The position numbers and the translations under genes are program-made. Shown here piece after piece: positions 21,585 through 30,471 of a stretch of DNA of 64,000 nt; positions within the stretch are counted from its first letter, which is position 1, and each line of letters starts with the position of its first letter. Source of the stretch: Microcoleus sp. (GTDB lineage: Bacteria > Cyanobacteriota > Cyanobacteriia > Cyanobacteriales > Microcoleaceae). Location: the NCBI GenBank assembly GCA_042408215.1, contig JAYFMW010000008.1:192001-256000 (forward strand), written 5' to 3'. Under the pieces are notes generated by a model, which searched no databases, had not been told where the DNA came from, and worked only from the letters and a program-made list of their open reading frames with translations.

Positions 21585-22064
21585 ATGCCGATCGAGTCGC
21601 TGTCGATTAAACTTGTGTCCAGATTTTCAATGATTTGTGCTCTGGCGATCGCCCTTGTCCTCAGCAGCCCCAATCTAGCCAAAGCCGAATCGCGATCGCA
21701 AGCCGTCGATCGATTAACAGATTTCTTATTCTACAAGGTTAATCCTCAGTTAAACAATCGTAAACTGCAAGCGGGCGATCGCAACTACATAACGGAATGG
21801 CAGAGATTACGCACAGCAATAGATCCGCGAGTTAAGCCCGCCCAAGAAGTCTGCAATAGTCCGGGCCCAGAAGATATAGGATGGGAATTCACCACAATTA
21901 ACGGCGAAACATACCAACAAACTTACGATCGCCTTGCAGATATAATTTTTTATAGTCGTCATCCTCAAACGACAGGACAGCAAATTCCTATAGGTGATGA
22001 AGCCAGCAGCAAGGAATGGTTAGCAATTCGACGCGAAATGTATATTTCCAATTGTGGAATCTGA
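21585..22064 (+). CDS. Putative secreted protein
   Basis: Signal peptide ending ...LAKA; paralog of the next gene. Confidence 0.75.
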   Translation: MPIESLSIKLVSRFSMICALAIALVLSSPNLAKAESRSQAVDRLTDFLFYKVNPQLNNRKLQAGDRNYITEWQRLRTAIDPRVKPAQEVCNSPGPEDIGWEFTTINGETYQQTYDRLADIIFYSRHPQTTGQQIPIGDEASSKEWLAIRREMYISNCGI

Positions 22065-22105
22065 GACTCTATTTCACTTCAAATTCATTTACTTTATAGC
22101 TCACT

Positions 22106-22678
22106 ATGCTAATTAAATCAGGACTTACCCACTCCTACCAAAGAAACCGGGTTTTTTTTCCCAAAAGACGGGTTCTGGCCCGAAGATTCGCTAAAAAACC
22201 CGGTTTCTGGCTCCCCATAAGTCCTATACTGTCAATAAACTCTGTGTTGAAGTTTTTAGGGGTGTTTGCGTTGGCGATCGCCCTTGTTATCAGTAATGCA
22301 AATCTCAACAATGCTATAGCGCGAGATTATGAATCACGAACTCAAGCCGTGGATAGATTTACGGATTGGTTTTTCTACAAAGTTAATCCTCAATTAGGAG
22401 GTCGAAAATTGCGATCGGACGATTCTCCTGTCTACATCCGCGAATGGAATGCTATTCGTAGTACAGTCGATCGCGAAATGATTACTACACAAGGAGATTG
22501 CGTCGGTGATGCTTTCTGGGACTTCGATTATCGTTCTCATGGGCGATCGCTCGATCGGATTGCAGATACAATTTGGGCTATCCGCGATCCATCGGGCGAT
22601 CGAACTCGTGCAGATGTTTCTCAAAAAGAGCGAAATAAGCTTCGGGAATCAATAATTAGAGAGCATTTTTGTTATTAA
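22106..22678 (+). CDS. Putative secreted protein, paralog of 21585-22064, with a repeat element inserted in-frame near the 5' end
   Basis: SRTQAVDRFTDWFFYKVNPQL versus SRSQAVDRLTDFLFYKVNPQL. Confidence 0.7.
   Translation: MLIKSGLTHSYQRNRVFFPKRRVLARRFAKKPGFWLPISPILSINSVLKFLGVFALAIALVISNANLNNAIARDYESRTQAVDRFTDWFFYKVNPQLGGRKLRSDDSPVYIREWNAIRSTVDREMITTQGDCVGDAFWDFDYRSHGRSLDRIADTIWAIRDPSGDRTRADVSQKERNKLRESIIREHFCY
22120..22225. mobile_element. Small MITE-like element (AGGACTTA...TAAGTCCT)
   Basis: 8-bp terminal inverted repeat with an internal GAAACCGGGTTTT/AAAACCCGGTTTC palindrome; related ends near 19550 and 19674-19774. Confidence 0.7.
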
Positions 22679-22800
22679 TTTGCAAGATTTGAAACCAGAA
22701 AATTAACAATAAATAACAACAGGGATCTCGGTTACAAAAAATGTTAAAATTTTGCTATCATCAGTAATAGCCGGAAATAATATTATATTTTTGCACTAAA

Positions 22801-23580
22801 ATGTCAGTCACTACTCATCAATTAATTCAGTGGAAACAACAAGGGCGGTCAATTGTCGCACTGACGGGCTATGATTATGCGATCGCCCAACTCATAGATC
22901 AAGCCGGCGTAGATCTAATCCTCGTCGGCGATTCCCTCGCCATGCCTATATTAGGCTACGAGACAACACTGCCGCTAACTCTCGATGAAATGCTGCACCA
23001 CGCTAAAGCTGTGCGTCGCGGTGTTAAACAAGCATTAATTGTGGTGGATTTGCCATTCTTAACTTATCAAGAAAGTGTCCAGCAAGCCATGCACTCAGCG
23101 GGGAGAGTTTTGAAAGAAACAGGTGCTCAAGCTGTCAAATTAGAAGGCGGATATCCAGCAATGGCCGCAACTATTTCGCAACTGACATCAGCGGGAATTC
23201 CGGTGATGGGTCACGTCGGTTTAACCCCGCAGTCGGTACACCAACTCGGCTACAAAAAACAGGGGAAAACTGTGGAAGCGGGAGAGAGGATTTTGCAAGA
23301 GTCGATCGCACTTCAAGAAGCAGGTGCTTTTGCTGTAGTATTAGAACACATCCCCGCAGACTTAGCCGATCGCATTACTCAAAAGTTAACTATTCCGACA
23401 ATTGGTATCGGTGCGGGCCCATACTGCGACGGTCAAGTTTTAGTTACTTCCGATTTGTTGGGACTTTCCGAAAAACAGCCGCCATTCGCTAAAGCTTATG
23501 CCAATTTGCGATCGACAATTACCCAAGCTGTGAAAGATTATTCCCTAGAAGTTAGAGAAGGCAAATTTCCCGATTTGTGA
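22801..23580 (+). CDS. panB: 3-methyl-2-oxobutanoate hydroxymethyltransferase
   Basis: [33 protein letters not shown]. Confidence 0.97.
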   Translation: MSVTTHQLIQWKQQGRSIVALTGYDYAIAQLIDQAGVDLILVGDSLAMPILGYETTLPLTLDEMLHHAKAVRRGVKQALIVVDLPFLTYQESVQQAMHSAGRVLKETGAQAVKLEGGYPAMAATISQLTSAGIPVMGHVGLTPQSVHQLGYKKQGKTVEAGERILQESIALQEAGAFAVVLEHIPADLADRITQKLTIPTIGIGAGPYCDGQVLVTSDLLGLSEKQPPFAKAYANLRSTITQAVKDYSLEVREGKFPDL

Positions 23581-23695
23581 AGATTTTATAGCGATTAGTT
23601 GGGCGGGGGCGGGTTTACAAGATTGCGGGTTTTAGGCAATTATTGTCGGTAAAACCCGCCCCTACAGTTGTTTGACTGAATCATTTCCAATTTAC

Positions 23696-23899
23696 CTAAT
23701 CCTCATGTTTAACCTCTTCGTCCCGATTTTTCTGCTTCTCCTTCTCAACAGCTTCATCATCAGCCAAACCCACACCATCCTTGAAACTCCGCAAGGTTTT
23801 TCCCAAAGCATTTCCCAACTCAGGAATTTTCTTGGGGCCGAAAATTAGAATAGCGACTAGCGCAATAATGCCCAATTCGGGCAATCCCAGACCAAACAT
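23696..23899 (-). CDS. tatA: Twin-arginine translocase TatA/E subunit
   Basis: MFGLGLPELGIIALVAILIFGPKKIPELG; ATG at 23899 with AGGAG upstream. Confidence 0.93.
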   Translation of the reverse strand: MFGLGLPELGIIALVAILIFGPKKIPELGNALGKTLRSFKDGVGLADDEAVEKEKQKNRDEEVKHED

Positions 23900-24029
23900 A
23901 CACTCATCTCCTGTAAAACTTACTCGATCGCACGTCGATCTGCTAATATCCTTAAAAGTATCTACCTTTGTTCCTGTATCCTGCAACAGTTGAATAAAGT
24001 TTTGTTAAGCCGATCGCCCATAAATAAAA

Positions 24030-24767
24030 ATGTTAGACATATCCAAACCTTCTCTACGCGACCAACAACACTACCTCATCCGCGAGTTAGCCGATCGGAT
24101 GGAAGCAGTATGGCATCGTTACCTAGACCTAGAACCATACCACCTGCCCGCTGAGTTGGGATACGTGGAAGGGCGTTTGGAAGGAGAAAAACTGGTCATT
24201 GAAAACCGCTGCTATCAAACGCCCCAATTCCGCAAAATACATTTGGAACTCGCTAAGGTTGGGCCGATGCTTGACATTTTGCACTGCGTGATGTTTCCTA
24301 GACCGACCTATGCTTTGCCGATGTTTGGTACGGACATAGTAGCAGGTAAAGGCCAAATTAGCGCGGCGATCGCAGACCTTTCTCCCCTGAATGCCGATCG
24401 AACTTTATCAGAAATCTACCGAACCAGACTAAAACCTCTGCCAGTTAACCAATTTTCTTGTCTCCGCCAAATTCCCGACTGGGGCGATATCTTCTCGGAA
24501 TTTTGCCTGTTTGTGCGGCCAGATTCCCAGGAAGAAGAAAGCCGATTTTTGGACATAGTTGAATCCTACGTGGAAATTCACTGCAAACAAGCAGTGGCAT
24601 CAAAACCAGTCTCTGCCGCTGAGGAGGAGAAAGTTCTGGCGGCTCAAGTTTACTACTGCACGCAGCAGCAACAAAACGACAAAACCCGCCGCGTACTCGA
24701 AAAAGCTTTCGGTCAAGATTGGGCAGAACATTACATGACAGAGGTACTTTTTGATCTCCCTAAATAG
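24030..24767 (+). CDS. pcyA: Phycocyanobilin:ferredoxin oxidoreductase
   Basis: FRKIHLELAK, LDILHCVMFP, QQQNDKTRRVLEKAFG. Confidence 0.96.
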   Translation: MLDISKPSLRDQQHYLIRELADRMEAVWHRYLDLEPYHLPAELGYVEGRLEGEKLVIENRCYQTPQFRKIHLELAKVGPMLDILHCVMFPRPTYALPMFGTDIVAGKGQISAAIADLSPLNADRTLSEIYRTRLKPLPVNQFSCLRQIPDWGDIFSEFCLFVRPDSQEEESRFLDIVESYVEIHCKQAVASKPVSAAEEEKVLAAQVYYCTQQQQNDKTRRVLEKAFGQDWAEHYMTEVLFDLPK

Positions 24768-24839
24768 TTAAGATCTGTTTACAATACTGAAGGAGGCGAG
24801 GGCAAAAATTCGATCGGCAAATGAGCTACCTCATAGGTA

Positions 24840-26483
24840 ATGGGAAAGGAATCGAAGGTCAAGGACAAATCATTGTTAAAACCGACCGGGCGAGGAGTTC
24901 TAGGTTTAGCGATTGCTGCAACAGTCATTACCACAGCAGTGGGTTTTTGGCAAGTATCCGAAATTAGAAAATCTCAAGAGTTAAAGGCCGCCGCAGCAAC
25001 CGCTACTGCAACCGCAGTCGCCACCCGCAACAGCGTCACAGCTTTGGGTAGGTTGAGCCCCCAGGGGGAAGCGATCAAACTGTCGGCCCCTTCGGCTTAT
25101 GACGGCGCGCGGATTGAACAATTGCGGGTGGAAGAGGGCGATCGAGTCAGTCAAGGACAAATCATAGCAGTTCTCGATACGCGCGATCGGCTCCAAGCCA
25201 CTCTCCAACAAGCCGACAAAGAAGTCAAAGTCAAACAAGCAGAATTAGCCAAAATTCAAGCAGGCGCAAAAACAGGCGTTGTCGGCGCCGTCCAAGCAGA
25301 AGTTGCCAAGTTTCAAGCTCAACTGCAAAGAGAAACCGAAGGCGAAGCAGCCAATGTCGCCCGCTTAGAAGCTCAACTGCGGAGAGAAACCGAAGCCGAA
25401 CAAGCTAACGTCGCTAAATTCGAGGCTCAACTGCGAAGAGAAACCTCAGCCGAACAAGCTAATCTTGCCAAATTTGAGGCGCAACTGCAAAGAGAAACTG
25501 AAGTACAGCAAGCCAAACTTGCGAGGCTAGAAGCTCAATTGCGGGGCGAAATAGCCTCTCAAAACGCTACAGTCGATCGCCTAAAAGCAGAATTGAAAAA
25601 CGCCGAAGCCGAGCAACAACGCAACAAACAACTGTCAGAAACAGGTGCTATTTCTGCTTCCACTTACGACACAAAACGTTTAGCAGTAGATACGGCTCAC
25701 CATAAAGTCATAGAAGCTAAAGCAATCTTAAAAAAAACCGTGCAAACTCTGCAACAGGAAATAGTCGAAACTCAAGCAACAATCAAACAAACAGTAGAAA
25801 CAGGCCAGCAAGAAATCAATCAATCTCGCGCTAATCTCAAAGGGAAATTAGAAACAGGTAAGCAAGAAATTAATGGAGCCAGAGCCGCCCTCAACCAAAA
25901 GATAGAAACAGGACGATCGCAAATCAATCAAGCCCAAGCAATGCTTAAACAAAAAGCAGAAACAGGCCAAGCACAAATCAATCAAGCTAAAGCAAATCTC
26001 GACCAAATTGCCGAAGTACGCCCCGAAGACGTACAAGCCGCCCAAGCCGCAGTCGAAAGTGCGATCGCCACCAAACAAAAAGCTCAAGTAGACCTAAATT
26101 TAAGCTACGTCAAAGCACCCGTATCCGCCTCCGTGCTCAAAGTTCACACCCGACAAGGAGAACGCATCAACACTCAAAATGGCATCGTAGAACTCGGCCG
26201 CACCGATCAAATGTATGCGATCGCAGAAGTATACGAAACAGACATTGCCAAAGTGCGAAACGGCCAGCGCGCCACCGTCACCAGCCCCGTTTTTGCAGGC
26301 ACACTAGAAGGAAAAGTCGCTCGCATCGGTAAACAAATAGGCAAAAAAGATGTCCTGAATACAGACCCGGCAGCCGACACCGATGCTAGAGTTGTAGAAG
26401 TGAGAATTCGCCTAAATCCAGAGTCGAGTAAAAAAGTTGCAGCCCTGACAAACTTACAGGTTGAAGTTAAAATAGAAATCTGA
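24840..26483 (+). CDS. devB: DevB/HlyD-family ABC exporter membrane fusion protein with extended alpha-hairpin
   Basis: VTALGRLSPQGE, AIAEVYETDI, DARVVEVRIRL. Confidence 0.88.
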   Translation: MGKESKVKDKSLLKPTGRGVLGLAIAATVITTAVGFWQVSEIRKSQELKAAAATATATAVATRNSVTALGRLSPQGEAIKLSAPSAYDGARIEQLRVEEGDRVSQGQIIAVLDTRDRLQATLQQADKEVKVKQAELAKIQAGAKTGVVGAVQAEVAKFQAQLQRETEGEAANVARLEAQLRRETEAEQANVAKFEAQLRRETSAEQANLAKFEAQLQRETEVQQAKLARLEAQLRGEIASQNATVDRLKAELKNAEAEQQRNKQLSETGAISASTYDTKRLAVDTAHHKVIEAKAILKKTVQTLQQEIVETQATIKQTVETGQQEINQSRANLKGKLETGKQEINGARAALNQKIETGRSQINQAQAMLKQKAETGQAQINQAKANLDQIAEVRPEDVQAAQAAVESAIATKQKAQVDLNLSYVKAPVSASVLKVHTRQGERINTQNGIVELGRTDQMYAIAEVYETDIAKVRNGQRATVTSPVFAGTLEGKVARIGKQIGKKDVLNTDPAADTDARVVEVRIRLNPESSKKVAALTNLQVEVKIEI

Positions 26484-26610
26484 AAAACCGACTCACTCTC
26501 GATAATTAATCCGTGTATCCGTGTCCTCTTCTTCTTCCTTGTTCCTGACCTCCGTTACATCCGTTACATCCGTTACATAATCCGTTGCCGAACTTCCTTC
26601 ATTAAACATT

Positions 26611-27771
26611 ATGGCAAAAATACCGCTAGCTTGGGCACAATTAACGCGCGAAAAAATGCGTTTAGTAATCGCGATCGCTGGGATTGGATTTGCCGATTTG
26701 CTGATGTTTATACAGTTTGGATTTAGAGATGCGCTCTTTGAAAGTTCCATCAGCTTTCACTCGCAATTAAAAGGAGATATTTTTCTCACCAGCACCCAGT
26801 CAACGGCTTTAATAGCCATGAAAAGTTTTCCCCAACGGCGTTTGTATCAAGCTTTGAGTTTTAATGGCGTTACAGGAATTAGCCCGGTATATTTAGGCTT
26901 TGGTTTGTGGAAAAATCCCGAACCAGAAAAAAACAATACTCGCCAACTGATGGTAATCGGTTTTGACCCCACTCATCCCATCTTTGATCTGCCGGAAGTC
27001 AAAGATAATTTGGACAAAATCAAAATTTCAGATGTCGTTTTATTCGATCGATCTTCCCGCCCGGAGTTTGGGCCAGTAGCGGAATATTTCAAGCAGGGAA
27101 AAACTGTGGAAACTGAAATAGATAACCGCCGCGTTACTGTAGAAGGGTTATTTACTTTAGGAGCATCTTTCGGTGCTGATGGCAATATTATTACTAGCGA
27201 TTTGAATTTTCTGCGGATTTTTAACGGTAGAAGAAGTAAAGGTTTAATTGATCTAGGAGTTGTTCACTTGCAGCCGGGAACGGATGTCAAAGCAGTTATT
27301 GAAAAAATGAGATCGACTTTACCACAAGATGTGACAATTGCTTCTAAAGAAGAGTTTGTAGCTTTTGAGAGAAAATATTGGGAGGAAAGCACGGCGATCG
27401 GATTTATTTTCACTCTGGGCGCGGCTATGGGATTTATCGTCGGGATAGTGATTGTCTATCAAATTCTTTATACTGATGTTACTGACCATTTGCCAGAATA
27501 CGCTACGCTGAAGGCGATGGGATATAAAGATATCTACTTTTTGAGTGTGGTTTTTCAAGAGGCTTTGATTCTGGCAATTATTGGTTATTTGCCAGGATTG
27601 GGCGTTTCTATGGTGCTATATAATTTAGCTAGAACTGCTACGAGTTTGCCGATGTACATGACTATGGGGAAAGTTGTAACTGTGTTTGCAATGACAGTGG
27701 TAATGTGTTCTGTATCGGGGGCGATCGCAGTTAGGAAGTTGCAGGCGGCCGATCCGGCAGATATTTTTTAA
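26611..27771 (+). CDS. devC: DevC-family ABC exporter permease
   Basis: IPLAWAQL, GIGFADLLMFIQFGF, EYATLKAMGY, ADPADIF. Confidence 0.93.
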   Translation: MAKIPLAWAQLTREKMRLVIAIAGIGFADLLMFIQFGFRDALFESSISFHSQLKGDIFLTSTQSTALIAMKSFPQRRLYQALSFNGVTGISPVYLGFGLWKNPEPEKNNTRQLMVIGFDPTHPIFDLPEVKDNLDKIKISDVVLFDRSSRPEFGPVAEYFKQGKTVETEIDNRRVTVEGLFTLGASFGADGNIITSDLNFLRIFNGRRSKGLIDLGVVHLQPGTDVKAVIEKMRSTLPQDVTIASKEEFVAFERKYWEESTAIGFIFTLGAAMGFIVGIVIVYQILYTDVTDHLPEYATLKAMGYKDIYFLSVVFQEALILAIIGYLPGLGVSMVLYNLARTATSLPMYMTMGKVVTVFAMTVVMCSVSGAIAVRKLQAADPADIF

Positions 27772-27945
27772 GTGGTTGGACACGCTAATTATAGTAGTCT
27801 GTAGGGTGCGTCGCTGCGAGATATTGGATATAACTTGCTGTATTTCGGGTGGTGACGCACCTGACACGGGAGTTCAAATTGTATGTACCGCGTATATATG
27901 GAATATGCTGTATAGCAACAGACGCAAAATCATTGAGGAACAAAA

Positions 27946-28296
27946 ATGTCAATACCAAAGCCACACTATTCTGTAAGCTGGATTTATCTACTTCTTGCAG
28001 TCGTTTTAGAGGCCGCAGGCACTATTTATATGAAATTATCAGAGGGTTTCACAAAAGTGGTTCCCTCGATTTTGATGCTAATTTTTTATGGAATTAGTTT
28101 TATCTTTTTAAATTTAGCTATTAAAAAGTTAGATGTGAGCGTAGCTTATGCAATTTTCTCCGGGTTGGGGATTGCTCTTGTCACTATTGGAGGCATTTTC
28201 TTTTTTAAAGACCCCATCACGGTGTTTAGAATCACTGCCATTTCCGTAATCATCATCGGTGTAATGATTTTGAATTTTACAGGTTTATCTCATTAA
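27946..28296 (+). CDS. SMR-family (QacE/EmrE-like) efflux transporter
   Basis: WIYLLLAVVLEAAGT..MKLSEGF, VSVAYAIFSGLG; four TM helices with the conserved TM1 Glu. Confidence 0.9.
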   Translation: MSIPKPHYSVSWIYLLLAVVLEAAGTIYMKLSEGFTKVVPSILMLIFYGISFIFLNLAIKKLDVSVAYAIFSGLGIALVTIGGIFFFKDPITVFRITAISVIIIGVMILNFTGLSH

Positions 28297-28450
28297 ACAA
28301 CGCCCGGAAAGAAGTTCGGCAACGTATGCAAGTAACGGATACTTGGACTTCGCTCAGTACAAGTGTAATGGAGGTCAGAAAGAAGGAAGATGGAAGTCGG
28401 AAAAAGGAATTACCAATTACCAATTACCAATTACCAATTGCCAATTACCC

Positions 28451-29173
28451 ATGCACAATATACCCGTTGTCTCTATTCAAAATCTCAACCATTCTTTTGG
28501 TGAAGGTCAACTTAGCAAACAGACATTATTTGACATTAACCTCGAAATTTATCCCGGCGAAATCGTGTTAATGACCGGGCCTTCTGGGTCTGGAAAAACA
28601 ACATTGTTGACCTTAATTGGAGCTTTGCGATCGATCCAAGAAGGTAGCCTGAAAATTCTCGATCAAGAATTGCACGGATCGCGAAAAAATAAATTAGTAG
28701 AAGTTCGCCGCGACATCGGCTATATTTTCCAAGCTCATAACTTGCTCAAATGCTTGACTGCGCGGCAAAATGTGCAAATGTCTCTCGACTTGCACAACCA
28801 TCTTTCGGACCAAGAAACTAATGATAAAATAGAAGGAATCCTGGAAGCTGTGGGGTTGGGAGAAAGAATAGATTATTACCCAGACAGTCTTTCCGGCGGA
28901 CAAAAACAAAGAGTTGCGATCGCCCGCGCATTAGTCAGCCAACCCAAATTAATATTAGCCGACGAACCGACAGCAGCTCTAGACAGCAAATCCGGTCGAG
29001 ATGTGGTGGAAATCATGCGAGGTTTAGCCAAAGAACAGCATAGTACCATCTTGCTCGTCACCCACGATAACCGGATTTTAGACATAGCCGATCGCATCAT
29101 CCACATGGAAGACGGGCACCTCGCACAAGACACAGCGACGCCAGCTACAACAGGCGTTCTTTCCGGCAAATAA
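28451..29173 (+). CDS. devA: DevA-family ABC transporter ATPase
   Basis: GPSGSGKTT, LSGGQKQRVAIARAL, LADEPTAALD; ATG at 28451 follows STRR repeats. Confidence 0.93.
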   Translation: MHNIPVVSIQNLNHSFGEGQLSKQTLFDINLEIYPGEIVLMTGPSGSGKTTLLTLIGALRSIQEGSLKILDQELHGSRKNKLVEVRRDIGYIFQAHNLLKCLTARQNVQMSLDLHNHLSDQETNDKIEGILEAVGLGERIDYYPDSLSGGQKQRVAIARALVSQPKLILADEPTAALDSKSGRDVVEIMRGLAKEQHSTILLVTHDNRILDIADRIIHMEDGHLAQDTATPATTGVLSGK

Positions 29174-29190
29174 AGTTAATTCAAAGTCAC

Positions 29191-30103
29191 TTATTTCCGA
29201 GAATTGGGACGCTTAGCTCCTGTCTTAGTAGAACTCTTAGACGCCGTTTTACTTGAACTCTTCGTCGCACCCTTAGCACCTTTTGCACCCTTAACCGCAG
29301 TCAGTTGACTGTCCTCAGCATTCGCAGGTATGCCCCCAGCAGCTCTAGTAGTTCTAAAGGTAACATTCACCCCTTCATTCGACTGTTCCAGCACCAACAT
29401 CGGCGTCGGTTTCGCCTTTTGATCCCATTCAATGTGAACAATGCGACCTTGAATTGTCGGCTGCCAACTGTCGTGATCGTCTGAAGGACTAAGGTAAGTT
29501 TCCAAACAGTCAATAATTTGATTAATTGTCGCTGATGTTGCCCTGAGTCGGGAGTTTCATCAGCTTAATTTGAATCCGAAACAGCACTCGCTTCTCTATT
29601 TTTACAGCCGGATCGCCAGTTTCGTATTCGATATCAAACATGGAATCCACTTGTCTGCCGCTGCCGGCATTCCCAGTTTTATCTCCTACACTACCCTGAG
29701 TCGGACGCAGGGCGATACTAATTTTATCTTTGACTTTTACCTTAATTTGATTCACAATGGCAAAGTGAAAGACTTCTTCGGCCATCCGCATTCTTAGGTA
29801 GTCTAAATTAAAGTCTCGCGAGTGGATGAGGTCGGGATTTTTTTCCATTTTTGACAGGGTTTCCAGAGCCATCTTGTATTTTTTCTGGAGTTCTCGATTT
29901 CTAAACTCCTCAAACTTGAGCTTCTTGTTCAAACCATCCATTTTTAGCTTGGAAAATACCGCTAAACCGACAAGTAATAACAACAGTAATCCCGACGCTC
30001 CCATCAAGAGTTGATCGGAGGGTAAACCTCCTGGTTTAGCCTGTTTGGGCTTGGGAGAGGCTACTGCCAACCTTGGTTCTACAAGGATTATTTGGGTTGA
30101 CAT
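29191..30103 (-). pseudogene. Membrane-anchored hypothetical protein split by a one-base frameshift
   Basis: Removing one base from CCC at 29541-29543 joins the two ORFs: ...MKLPTQ-ATSATINQIIDCLETYLSP... Confidence 0.75.
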
Positions 30104-30471
30104 GGGCTTTTAAAGGGTAAGATTTGACGCTATATTTATAGAATGCCCTGATTGGAGATCAGATTACAACTCGATGGAGCCACATTGACCTATTTTTACC
30201 ACAATCTTTCTACAACTGGATTTATACAATTGAAATGGGCACCCTAATTTATACTTTATCTTTAACTGCAAGCAGGTTTCCGAAATATCGGAAAATCCTC
30301 TGATGGCAGTGGCAAAAGCGATGGTGAATAGTCCGTGATATATTATATCAATACAATTGAAAAAAAAATGTTTTTTCAGCAGGAGCAGTTCCTAGCACAA
30401 CAGGAGTGATTTTACAGACACATAAACAGATCCTCTGCTAACATAACACCGCAACCAACCCATATTCGATC

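Noticed and set aside
21585..22678. Diversity-generating retroelement TR/VR pair
   Set aside because: Paralogs differ throughout, not only at adenines, and there is no reverse transcriptase in the window.
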